64,000 nt of DNA. Source: Histomonas meleagridis 2922-C6/04-290x (taxonomy: Eukaryota; Protista; Parabasalia). The notes beneath the pieces were generated by a model that ran no database searches, was not told the origin of the DNA, and was given only the letters and a program-made list of their open reading frames with translations. Positions 1 through 9,381 of this stretch are shown piece after piece. Position numbers and translations under genes: made by a program. Positions within the stretch are counted from its first letter, which is position 1. Every line of letters starts with the position of its first letter. Where the stretch lies: NCBI GenBank assembly GCA_020184695.1, contig JAANOX010000061.1, positions 1-64,000 on the forward strand, in the 5' to 3' direction.

Positions 1-11
1 CTCCGATTCGT

Positions 12-50
12 AAAGGGTTAAAAAAAGGGTTAGAAAAAGGGTTAAAAAAA
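12..50. repeat. 12-bp tandem repeat AAAGGGTTA(A/G)AA, ~3 copies
   Basis: AAAGGGTTA starts at 12, 24 and 36 (period 12). Confidence 0.7.
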
Positions 51-257
51 CATCTTTGAAAATTAAAAGGTACTTTTTGAGTTCAAAACCTCAGTTAATA
101 ACAACTTTAAGCTCCAAACACTATAATCTACATAGTATTAACAACAATCCATCCGTTATAGTCAGCAACTCCCGTAAACTTGCAATATTCACGTCAAATC
201 ACTAAAATGGAGAAACTCACTCGACTCTTCCGAATTTCCTTTAGCTAATAACTTTTT

Positions 258-284
258 TAGTAGTAGTATTAGTAGTAGTAGTAT
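258..284. repeat. (TAG)n microsatellite with TAT interruptions
   Basis: TAG TAG TAG TAT TAG TAG TAG TAG TAT read directly. Confidence 0.85.
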
Positions 285-411
285 TTTTATGCCTCACACA
301 TTTTAAATATAAATGTCATCATGAATTTAAATATATTTTATTACTTTCAATCAAAACCAACCGATTTATGAGAATTCAATCGATTTTAGCCGTTCATCCT
401 TTAGTTTATGT

Positions 412-470
412 AGCGCGAGTGGGAGCGAGTGCGTAGCACGAAGCTCACATAGCGCTGTGTGTGTGTGTGT
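412..470. other. GC-rich bulged hairpin followed by (TG)7
   Basis: AGCGC..GTG..AGC..GTGC-GTA-GCAC..GCT-CAC..GCGCT at 412-456, then TGTGTGTGTGTGTGT at 456-470, in AT-rich intergenic DNA. Confidence 0.5.
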
Positions 471-848
471 TCAAAATATACACCAAAAGATCTTAACTTC
501 GTCATAAACAATATATAAATAATTTGGGAAATAATCAGATTAAAAGAGTATAAGTAATTTTTAATTGACAATAATCAAAAATATTAATAATTTGATTAAC
601 TACGTGAGAAATATTTTTTTCATTCATATCAAAAATCAATTGTTGAATTAATTTAAGCATTTCCAAATCATTTAATTTTTCTCTTTGCGTTTCCATTAAA
701 GTTTTACAAATAAGGCTAAATATTAATTGAAATTTACCATTATTCAGACAGTTATGTCAAAATGACTCCAAATTGCATCATATGATCCGAAAATACATCA
801 CATGACAAAAATTATGAAATAAAAGTAACAGAAATTTTCATATTTAAA

Positions 849-1421
849 ATGAAACAAATTTACTTAAAACTTTGTTTTGTTGGTGATTGCTCAGTAGGGA
901 AAACATGTTTGATTCATAGGAAATGTAAAAAAGAATTTCCAAAATATTATCTTCCCACTGTTTTTGAAAGCTGGGATTTGGAAATCACAACCAATGAATC
1001 AATATTCCATATTCAACCATGGGACACTTGTGGAAGAAATGATGAAAGTGCATACCTACGAAAATTTTCTTATCCTGAAACAGACTTTTTTATTTTTTGC
1101 TTTGCAATCGATGATATAACATCTTTCAAAAACACTAAAGACAAGTGGCTACCGGAAACACAACCATACATGAAAAATTCCAAAATTCTTCTTGTTGGAA
1201 CTAAATCAGATTTAAGAAAATCTAAACCAAATCAATGTGTTACCAAAAGCGAAGCACATTCTTTGGCAAAGCAAATCAATACGTGTGATTACATTGAATG
1301 TTCTGCTCTTTTAGATGAAGGTGTAAATGAGCTATTTGACAAAGTTATGGATCTGTCTACAGCCAAACAACATGAAGACAAGCCTCACAAAGCAAATAGA
1401 GAAGTGTGTTTTGTGTCTTGA
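849..1421 (+). CDS. Rho/Rac-family small GTPase (atypical)
   Basis: GDCSVGKT P-loop, PTVF effector loop, WDTCG, GTKSDL, ECSAL, C-terminal CAAX (CFVS). Confidence 0.9.
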   Translation: MKQIYLKLCFVGDCSVGKTCLIHRKCKKEFPKYYLPTVFESWDLEITTNESIFHIQPWDTCGRNDESAYLRKFSYPETDFFIFCFAIDDITSFKNTKDKWLPETQPYMKNSKILLVGTKSDLRKSKPNQCVTKSEAHSLAKQINTCDYIECSALLDEGVNELFDKVMDLSTAKQHEDKPHKANREVCFVS

Positions 1422-1996
1422 AAAGATTCGCATTTGTCTTAATTATTAAATAACATATAATGAAAAATTTAGATACTGTGATAAATTCTTTTAAAGCTTG
1501 GATTAAATAAAGAATACATCTAAGGAATAGGTACTGCTCACATTGAAATAATATGTTACCGGTGACAAAAAAAATAAATCATTTGTTATTCAACAAAAGA
1601 AACAAACGTTATATTTAAAAAATAACTCAATAATGAATTTCCTATGTTAATTGTTTGGTGATAATATGATTAGAGTTCTCATAAAAAACGGTAAAGCTTC
1701 CGAAAATTACACAAAAAATTGCTTAATTTGTTACCAGGATTTGCAAAAATGACAATTAAAAGAGTTTTGCCTTAGAGTTTAAATCAAGAGTCCCAACTTT
1801 AATATTTTTATTGTCGAGTCTGCCATTTTCGTGGAACACTCATTATTTGTTTCATCCAAGAAGTTATTTGTTTGCAATGTCTTCATGAAGTTGCAAACAA
1901 ACGCTGGAACCAGATCATAAAAATTTAATTAACTGAAAATATCAATACAAAAAGTTATTAATATATTAATTTACAAACAATTTTCAATAATTTACA

Positions 1997-4165
1997 TCAT
2001 TCGCTGTTGTGTCCATATCCGGGTAACCCCTGTAAAGAAGTCGATATGTTCAAAGGTATTGGACGCGCTCTTTCCAACAAATGAGTAAAGTTAATTCCGC
2101 CTACTCTACAGATTTCTCTTACAAAAGATATCCATTTATCTTCTGGGACCTCAAGTATTGGATGATCAGGATCTTGAAACCTTTCGAGTGTTTTAGGTAT
2201 AAGCTCTGGGTCATAACTCGTGTGTATTTCCCATAACTCATGAAATAGCGTTGGCAAACAAATGCCATTAAATTCCAATGGATCAAAACCAGGAAAAAGT
2301 TTTTGGAATACTGCAGACGCTGCAAGTGTCGCAATTGCTGTCTCTGTCAATTGGTCAAAACAACCTTCACGAATTGATACTACTGCTAACATTGTAACAG
2401 CAGTAAATAATTGCGTGGTCGGTTGGTCAAAATGTGATAATATGTTGTCTATATCAGAGATATCAAATACTAATGGATATCCACAAGATGGACAATCATC
2501 TGGTAATTCAATATCAAATATAATTCGATATGGTTTTGGTGGGCAATAGCCTATATAGTTCTTAATTTCTTGGATAATAACATCAAATATTTGATATATG
2601 TCATCAAATTTTCCTAACTCATGCATCTTAGATTTTGGTACTGTAAATGTGATATCTTTCGCTACTATTTCTCCCCATGGGACTTCAATGTCTTTAGTGC
2701 GCTCCCATGCACTTGGATCCGAATATATTGCAATCGGGTGCTCACAAAAATTGTGGAACGTTAAGTCTATCGTCGGCGGTTTAAAATCCTGATCGTCACT
2801 CGAAACCGCTACGTAAACTATGCCGCCAAAAGTGGAAATAACCGTCGTGCTCTTTTCGGTTAGTAAATTCACCGAGACAACCGATGGCCATCTTCTCCAA
2901 GGGCCTGGCTTCGTAAGCAATGACTCTTGTTGTGAACCAACTTGAATGTGCGCGTTTTTTACAATGTCTTTACATGTTACAACAGCTGCGACTCCAGCAG
3001 GAAGCCATAATCCTGTTGAAACCCAAACATCATTTGGTAGCTCAAATGTTTTATGGAAATCACTAAGTACAACATTACCTGTCTTCCCTGGGAAGTCTTT
3101 ATGTTCTGGTATAGGCTTCACGAGGTTGATAGGAAGTATTGTATATAAGTCCATAAGAAGAACTACAACAATTGATTGTTCAACATTGGGACATATACCT
3201 CGTTCTGTATGATAGTTGGTACGTATAAGGAAATCCCATGCACTATCAGTAAGATCGCTTAATTCTTTCGAATAATTTTCATTACAAACCATAATGTAAT
3301 ATCTGAGTAGAGTAACTATATCGTCAAGTGCTGAAGTATCGACTTTCTGTTGTTGTATTAAGTTGTTGAATTTTTCAAGTAATGCCATGAAATTCGAATC
3401 ACGGACATATGTATAAGAAGATGGAACTTGAATGTTTTCATAAACTTCTACGTCTTCATTAAGAAGACAAGGTGTATGAGAAAGTGAAAATCGAGAAAGT
3501 AAATTATTAATTGGAAATGTAAATGTGTTAGCTTCTGTATGATTATAAAATACTGCAAGACCACCGCCATTACGAACATATTCAACAAAGCTGTCGATCT
3601 TTTTTGGGCTTAATTCAATGTCAGATGGGATTAGAATTCCCTTGTAGCCGGTGAAATTCACTTTGAATGATCCATATTCGATGAAAATTCCGATTTCTTT
3701 GAGTGCGTGTGTTATGTTGTGTCGGGCTTCCTTTGTAAATCCAATGCCAAGAACGGGCGTCATCGCGTTGTGGCCATTTGTAATCCAATTGATACAATTT
3801 GAAATTAATTTGCGCGTATCACCAATTCGCATATATTTGAGAGTAAGAAATTGAAGCTGTGAAAAGCATATAACACGCCCACGACTAAATACAGAGGCAG
3901 CAACAATTGGAAGCTGAATCCCGATATCAAATGGTGTAGTAGAATCCATATGAAGGAAACTCGCTACAATAGGAAACGAATTTGAGGCAAAGCACACAAC
4001 AGGCATCATGTTAGGCGGAGCAGCTATAGTTCTGACATGATTTACGATTTCATCAAAATACTTTATTGGGAAGTCAACACATTCAACGGTAAGGTCGCCA
4101 TTCTGAGATCCGTCGCGACTGACTCGTTGATGGTGTGGCTGAACCGATATGAAACCACACCCCAT
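1997..4165 (-). CDS. TCAF/FAM115-like M60-like (PF13402-type) protein lacking HExxH, probable pseudopeptidase
   Basis: SRGRVICF, NCINW, GGGL, WVSTGLWLPAG, WRRWP, FGGIVYV, VPWGE, CGYP motifs in M60/TCAF order; N-terminal MGC. Confidence 0.75.
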   Translation of the reverse strand: MGCGFISVQPHHQRVSRDGSQNGDLTVECVDFPIKYFDEIVNHVRTIAAPPNMMPVVCFASNSFPIVASFLHMDSTTPFDIGIQLPIVAASVFSRGRVICFSQLQFLTLKYMRIGDTRKLISNCINWITNGHNAMTPVLGIGFTKEARHNITHALKEIGIFIEYGSFKVNFTGYKGILIPSDIELSPKKIDSFVEYVRNGGGLAVFYNHTEANTFTFPINNLLSRFSLSHTPCLLNEDVEVYENIQVPSSYTYVRDSNFMALLEKFNNLIQQQKVDTSALDDIVTLLRYYIMVCNENYSKELSDLTDSAWDFLIRTNYHTERGICPNVEQSIVVVLLMDLYTILPINLVKPIPEHKDFPGKTGNVVLSDFHKTFELPNDVWVSTGLWLPAGVAAVVTCKDIVKNAHIQVGSQQESLLTKPGPWRRWPSVVSVNLLTEKSTTVISTFGGIVYVAVSSDDQDFKPPTIDLTFHNFCEHPIAIYSDPSAWERTKDIEVPWGEIVAKDITFTVPKSKMHELGKFDDIYQIFDVIIQEIKNYIGYCPPKPYRIIFDIELPDDCPSCGYPLVFDISDIDNILSHFDQPTTQLFTAVTMLAVVSIREGCFDQLTETAIATLAASAVFQKLFPGFDPLEFNGICLPTLFHELWEIHTSYDPELIPKTLERFQDPDHPILEVPEDKWISFVREICRVGGINFTHLLERARPIPLNISTSLQGLPGYGHNSE

Positions 4166-4857
4166 TGTGAGCCTTTGTATAAACTAATCAAAAAGTCAAT
4201 ATAACGAATTTCATTCTGGAGAAAAATGAGCCAAATTGAACGGTTATTTGCGTTAAAAAGTTTTCATCCACAAATGACAAAATCTTTGTCATCATATTTT
4301 AATGAAAATATTGTGATATAATTTAAAAATTAATGTATATAATTTTAGTATTATTACTAATGAATATTAGAAATTATATATTTAAAATAACTAAATTGAA
4401 TTGTAAGGATTTAGTGCAATATTTATGATTACTGATCAAAAAGTGGCAAATAACATTAATACAAATACTTTTGAATATGACAACGATGATTTCTTTGATT
4501 GGAACGTTTTGAATCTTTTGAAAATTGAATCCATATTTGTCTGTGAGATTATAAAAAGTGACATATCGTCATTACAACAAGCCATGGAACTCAAATCCTT
4601 GTGCAAGAATGAATTTCATCAAATTATCCATTATAAAATTTTGCTTCGGTCACATATATTTGCTTTGAAACATATTAATCAAATTTCATCAATTGATTTA
4701 ATAGTAAATGTTGCAAATAATTAAATAATTATTAAATAATGATTATGCAATATGATTAAAGTAGGTTGATTGAAATGGGAATTTTTTATGAATCAATGAA
4801 ATTATTATCGTATTCTAATGAACTAATATCAAAAATAATATTTTTACAAAAACAGCA

Positions 4858-4930
4858 GCCTGCGTAGCATAGTGGTTATTGCGTTCGCCTTGTAAGCGAA
4901 AGGTCGGCGGTCCGAATCCGCTCGCAGGCA
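4858..4930 (+). tRNA. tRNA-Thr (anticodon TGT)
   Basis: 73-nt cloverleaf: GCCTGCG/CGCAGGC acceptor stem, D arm with TGG, TTCGC-CTTGTAA-GCGAA anticodon arm, GGCGG-TCCGAAT-CCGCT T arm, discriminator A. Confidence 0.92.
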
Positions 4931-4932
4931 AA

Positions 4933-4940
4933 TTTTTTTT
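4933..4940 (+). terminator. RNA polymerase III oligo-T terminator
   Basis: T8 run 2 nt after the tRNA 3' end. Confidence 0.75.
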
Positions 4941-4987
4941 AGAAAATTTCGTTCATTCCGTTAAAATACGTTAATTGTTATTTTTTG

Positions 4988-5617
4988 ATGAGAACTCGTG
5001 TTGTAAGGAGTAATGAAACAACTTATAGTGACTCTTATCAAAGAAAAAATGTAGAAAGAGTAAATACACAAAATTTTAGACCAAGAACAACAACTGGTTT
5101 ACATTATACATCAACTCCAAAAACTTTATATACAACGAATTTCACAAATAAAAATTATACATATGTCAGACCAAGGAGCGCTAAAACTGAGTTAATGCAA
5201 CTTCCGAAGGAATATAATAGTACAATCAAACCAAATCTTGCTCCCCCTACACCAGAGTCAGATTATCAACATTATTTTGGAACGCCAGGACAGCATTCTA
5301 TTTCTAAATACAACTTTGCGCCAACTATACGTAATTTAAGCAAATCGACACGTGCCGATATTGAAGGTACAACAAAGATTACACATCATCCACCTGGATA
5401 TTGTGGATATATTCCACGTGAATGGCATGGAAACAAAGGTAAAACTCCAAGGCAAGATCCAAGTTTTGGAGATATATACTGGCAGCATCACGATGGCAAG
5501 GAAGGATATTCTGGATATACACCAAGCTGCGCAACCAATGCAAATGTAAGTACGCTTAAACGAGCGTCAACAACTTACCGCGATATGTGTGATGAAATCG
5601 GATTTAAACTTGACTAA
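4988..5617 (+). CDS. FAM166/CIMIP-like (PGYxGYxP-motif) putative microtubule inner protein
   Basis: PPGYCGYIP and GYSGYTP motifs in a small basic Thr/Tyr/Pro-rich protein. ATG at 4988 (the ORF track starts at TTG 4985). Confidence 0.5.
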   Translation: MRTRVVRSNETTYSDSYQRKNVERVNTQNFRPRTTTGLHYTSTPKTLYTTNFTNKNYTYVRPRSAKTELMQLPKEYNSTIKPNLAPPTPESDYQHYFGTPGQHSISKYNFAPTIRNLSKSTRADIEGTTKITHHPPGYCGYIPREWHGNKGKTPRQDPSFGDIYWQHHDGKEGYSGYTPSCATNANVSTLKRASTTYRDMCDEIGFKLD

Positions 5618-5856
5618 ATTTTAATTTTTGTTGAAATTACTTTTTTTGTTTCTCTGATGCTTCATAAATTAGCTCTAAATGAAAGGATAAAAAGAAAATA
5701 TTGATTCCAAATTTAAAACATTAATTATATTCTGAAATGAAATTCGAAAAATAGAACAGAAAGGAAATTAAAATTTTTCATTATTATAGAAATACTTTCA
5801 TTGTTAGATAACTAAAAATTAATTTTTTTTTGAAAATCGAAAATTTTATTATTAAA

Positions 5857-8298
5857 TTACATTTTATTTGGAACATTTTCATCATTTCTAATTCTATTTA
5901 ATTTAGTTGACGCCTGAATTTCCTTAATTTGTCTGTACAGCTGATCTCTTTCATTTTTATCTGTTTCTCTTTGTTTCACTATTGATCTCAACTGTGCTTC
6001 TGCTGCTTCTTGTGCATTTATCAGTAATCTTTGTTCAAATTCGAGTTTTTCTATTTTCCTTTGTAACTCAGTGTTATTCATTTTTAGTGATTGTATTACC
6101 ATTTTATCACCATACATTTGATTATTTTGTTGTTTCTTCTCATTTTTCTCTTGTTGAGTTTGTAATACCAATATTATCGCTTGAAGATGTCTAACTTCTT
6201 CTTGATAAGTTTTCAATTTTGCTTCAAGTATAGCATAAGCAGGTTGAATTCTTAATGATTCTATTTCTTGTTCTAACTCCAAAACTCTTTGTGACATTTT
6301 AATATTATTTTCTTTTTCGAATTTTTCTTGTTTCCTTTGGAATTCTTTTAGTTTGGTATTTAATTCCGATATTTTTTGATTTGAATCTTTGATTTGTTTT
6401 TGATAATTTTGTACTTCTTCATCATAACTTTTTACAAATGCATTAGTTTCTTCTTGATTTTGTTTTATTTTATATGATAACTTTTTCTTTTCCGATATTA
6501 ATTCTTCAATTTCAGTATGAAGACTTTCATTAACTTTCTCTAATTCGGATATTCGTGAATTTGCTGAATTTAATGAATTAAATAATTTATCTCTTTCGTT
6601 CTTTTTTTGTTGAAGTTCATCATTAGCGCCAATATATTGATCAGCAGTTTCAGATAATTCATTAATTTGTTCTTTTAATTGTGCATTCTCCGATGTAATT
6701 GCAGCAATTTGTTCATTTGATGTTTGGATTTCTTTTTCTAATGAATCAATTTTCATTTCTAATTCTTTATTAAAGTTATCTTTTTCATTATTTCTTTCAT
6801 TAGTTTCTTTAAGTTGATTTTCAAGTCGTTTATATTGTGTTAATAATGTGTCATAAGTTTCCATTAATTCTTCGTTTGATTTTTGTGCGGATTTAAACTT
6901 TTCATTTGATTTTATATTGAGTGATTCATATTCATTTATTTTCATCTCGAGTTCTTCAATTGTTGTTAATTGTTTATTATGTTCTTCGCGTTGTTTTTCT
7001 ATTGTACTTAAAAGGTTCTTCATTTGGATATCTCGATCATTAGATATTGATTGACGAAGTGAATCCATTTGTGATTGAATTGATTGAACTGATAATTCTA
7101 ATTTCGATTTATCACTTTGTAATTGTTTTATTATTCGTTTATTTTCTTCGTTTTCATTATATAACATATCATTTTCTTGTATACGTTTTTCATTTTCTTT
7201 AATTTTCATTGTAAGTTTTTGTGATTTGTTTTCATTTTCATTTTGTAATTGTTGTAAATTCTTTTTATTATTTGATAATTCATTATTTAATGCTTCTTTT
7301 TCTTGTTTTAATTTTTCGATTTCTTTTATTTTCGAATTTAAGTTTTGTTCAAAGTTATCATTTCCATCACGAATTGCCATTTCAAGTTGTGCTTTCTCTT
7401 TTTGTAGTTGTTGCAAAATCTTTTTATTGTTTAATAATTCATTATTTAATGTTTCTTTTTCTTGTTTTAGTTTATCGATTTCATTTATTTTTTGCTCGAA
7501 ATTATCATTTCCATCACGAAGAGATAATTCAAGTTGAGCTTTTTCATTTTGTAATTGTTTTATAATTAATTTATTATTTGCAACTTCTTTGTTTAATGAA
7601 TCTTTTTCTTTTTTAATTACTTCAATTTCTTTCGTTTTAGCAGTAAGTTTTTGAACAATTCGTTCGTTTTCACTTTCGGAATTGATGATTTGATTATTAA
7701 CTTCTTGATTTTGTTCTTTAAGAATTTCATTTTCTTCTTCTAATTTTGATATCTGATCTTCTAACAATGAAATTTGATTATTCTTTTCTTCGATTTGGTT
7801 TTGAAGTTGTGAATTTGCTTGTGCTAAACTTTCTTGTTCGAACTTATGATTAGTTGTAGTGTTATGCAAATCATCAAACTCTGATTGTTTCTCAAGAAGT
7901 AACGCTTCGGAAATTCGAAGTTTTTCTTTGAGATCTGTAACTTCCGCAATTAAGGAGTAAACTTGATTTTGGAGGTTTTCACACATTTCGCGTCTTCTTT
8001 CTAATTCTCTTCTTGTTTCTTCTTCTTGTTCTTTTGTCATTCGATCTCCGGAATTTGCTTCATTTAATCGATCTATTGTAGCTTGCATTGTTCGTTTTTC
8101 CTTTTCAAGAAGGACATTTTTCTTTTTTAATGTTTGTACTTCTTCAGTAAGATTTTTCATTTTACCGCCAGTAATAATTGTATCTTTACGTGGTATACTT
8201 GATTGTGATTTTGTGGGAATTCCTGACTGTATTTTGGATGGGATTCCTGATTTACGATTCTTTTTTGTTTCATCTTGTCGTAATTGTGAGTTTTGCAT
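5857..8298 (-). CDS. 813-aa coiled-coil protein with internal tandem repeats
   Basis: E/K/N/Q heptad composition; 2-3 copies of a 41-45 aa unit (KEK..LNNE..NNK....QLQ.EKAQLE...RDGNDNFEQ) at ~7220-7620. Confidence 0.85.
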   Translation of the reverse strand: MQNSQLRQDETKKNRKSGIPSKIQSGIPTKSQSSIPRKDTIITGGKMKNLTEEVQTLKKKNVLLEKEKRTMQATIDRLNEANSGDRMTKEQEEETRRELERRREMCENLQNQVYSLIAEVTDLKEKLRISEALLLEKQSEFDDLHNTTTNHKFEQESLAQANSQLQNQIEEKNNQISLLEDQISKLEEENEILKEQNQEVNNQIINSESENERIVQKLTAKTKEIEVIKKEKDSLNKEVANNKLIIKQLQNEKAQLELSLRDGNDNFEQKINEIDKLKQEKETLNNELLNNKKILQQLQKEKAQLEMAIRDGNDNFEQNLNSKIKEIEKLKQEKEALNNELSNNKKNLQQLQNENENKSQKLTMKIKENEKRIQENDMLYNENEENKRIIKQLQSDKSKLELSVQSIQSQMDSLRQSISNDRDIQMKNLLSTIEKQREEHNKQLTTIEELEMKINEYESLNIKSNEKFKSAQKSNEELMETYDTLLTQYKRLENQLKETNERNNEKDNFNKELEMKIDSLEKEIQTSNEQIAAITSENAQLKEQINELSETADQYIGANDELQQKKNERDKLFNSLNSANSRISELEKVNESLHTEIEELISEKKKLSYKIKQNQEETNAFVKSYDEEVQNYQKQIKDSNQKISELNTKLKEFQRKQEKFEKENNIKMSQRVLELEQEIESLRIQPAYAILEAKLKTYQEEVRHLQAIILVLQTQQEKNEKKQQNNQMYGDKMVIQSLKMNNTELQRKIEKLEFEQRLLINAQEAAEAQLRSIVKQRETDKNERDQLYRQIKEIQASTKLNRIRNDENVPNKM

Positions 8299-8376
8299 CC
8301 AGATGTTTAAAAAATTTAAACGTACAATAAATTGTTAAACGTTCATGATTAGGGCACTCCAAACACAAATTGGAAA

Positions 8377-9306
8377 ATGAACGAGGATCTTGTACCAATA
8401 GAAATGTCATACGTTCTTTCATGGCATCCATATTCTCGTGCGAACGATCTAATTGAGGAGTTTGGTGAATTCAGTAAGGAATTAGAAGTTGTTGCAAGAT
8501 CTAGAGGTGGAAATGCAGCTGTTGACTTATTAACAGGAAAAGGTGTTGCTGATTCTCCACAAATAGCTAAAACAATTATCCAAAGTATTGTATTTTCAAT
8601 GACAGATATTTATGAATTATGTCTAGATCAAGCAGAAAAGATCGAAAAGATATGTCAAGTTACAGAGCATGACATGGTTTCACATATCAAAGGTCTTGAA
8701 AAAGGTGAACGAGTAACCATACATTTTGGACCCATTCCAGAAATCTTTGATTCATTATGTGAATTTTTAGTTTGTTCGATTCTTCGAAGAGCTTTAGAGA
8801 TGTGGATGGCCGTTCAATATGTTTTAGCTGCAGGCAAGATTTCTGATGGTGATTTAACGGCCACAGTCAAAGAACAAAAACGAAAGAAATTCTTAAGTTA
8901 CATTGCAACCGAACTATCAGAAGAGCCATTAATAGTTGATGATGATTTACTGGAATGGATTAACACCACCGCCGATACGACGATAACATTTTTTGATGAG
9001 CAATTTAACATATTTAAAGGATTAAAGTCACATCGCGTTAGTGACTTTCTTTTCATGATCAATTGGAAGCAATTATATGTTAACATCTATAGTGAGCTTC
9101 TCGTTATCTCTGAAATTGTTTATACTTCTTTTGGAAGCTCAAATCGTTGGGATGATTCACCATTAATCCTTCCTATTATTATGCTTAGTTCTGGTGCTGT
9201 TGCTCATAACAGAACAATATTGGATGTTTTTAACGGTGTGTTACCTGAAAACTGCCCTAAAATTAGAGCCCACAAAAGATTAATGCTCAAACTATTTCCT
9301 TCATAA
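8377..9306 (+). CDS. hypothetical protein, 309 aa
   Basis: Long ATG-initiated ORF with globular composition; no recognised motif. Confidence 0.75.
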   Translation: MNEDLVPIEMSYVLSWHPYSRANDLIEEFGEFSKELEVVARSRGGNAAVDLLTGKGVADSPQIAKTIIQSIVFSMTDIYELCLDQAEKIEKICQVTEHDMVSHIKGLEKGERVTIHFGPIPEIFDSLCEFLVCSILRRALEMWMAVQYVLAAGKISDGDLTATVKEQKRKKFLSYIATELSEEPLIVDDDLLEWINTTADTTITFFDEQFNIFKGLKSHRVSDFLFMINWKQLYVNIYSELLVISEIVYTSFGSSNRWDDSPLILPIIMLSSGAVAHNRTILDVFNGVLPENCPKIRAHKRLMLKLFPS

Positions 9307-9381
9307 AATAAATTTTATAAATTGAATAAACGTCGTCAATTTTTGAATTGCTTTGTTCGATAAAAAGGACGATCGCATCCA

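Noticed and set aside
4425-4724. 99-aa ORF
   Set aside because: AT-rich, background-like composition with no motif; probably spurious.
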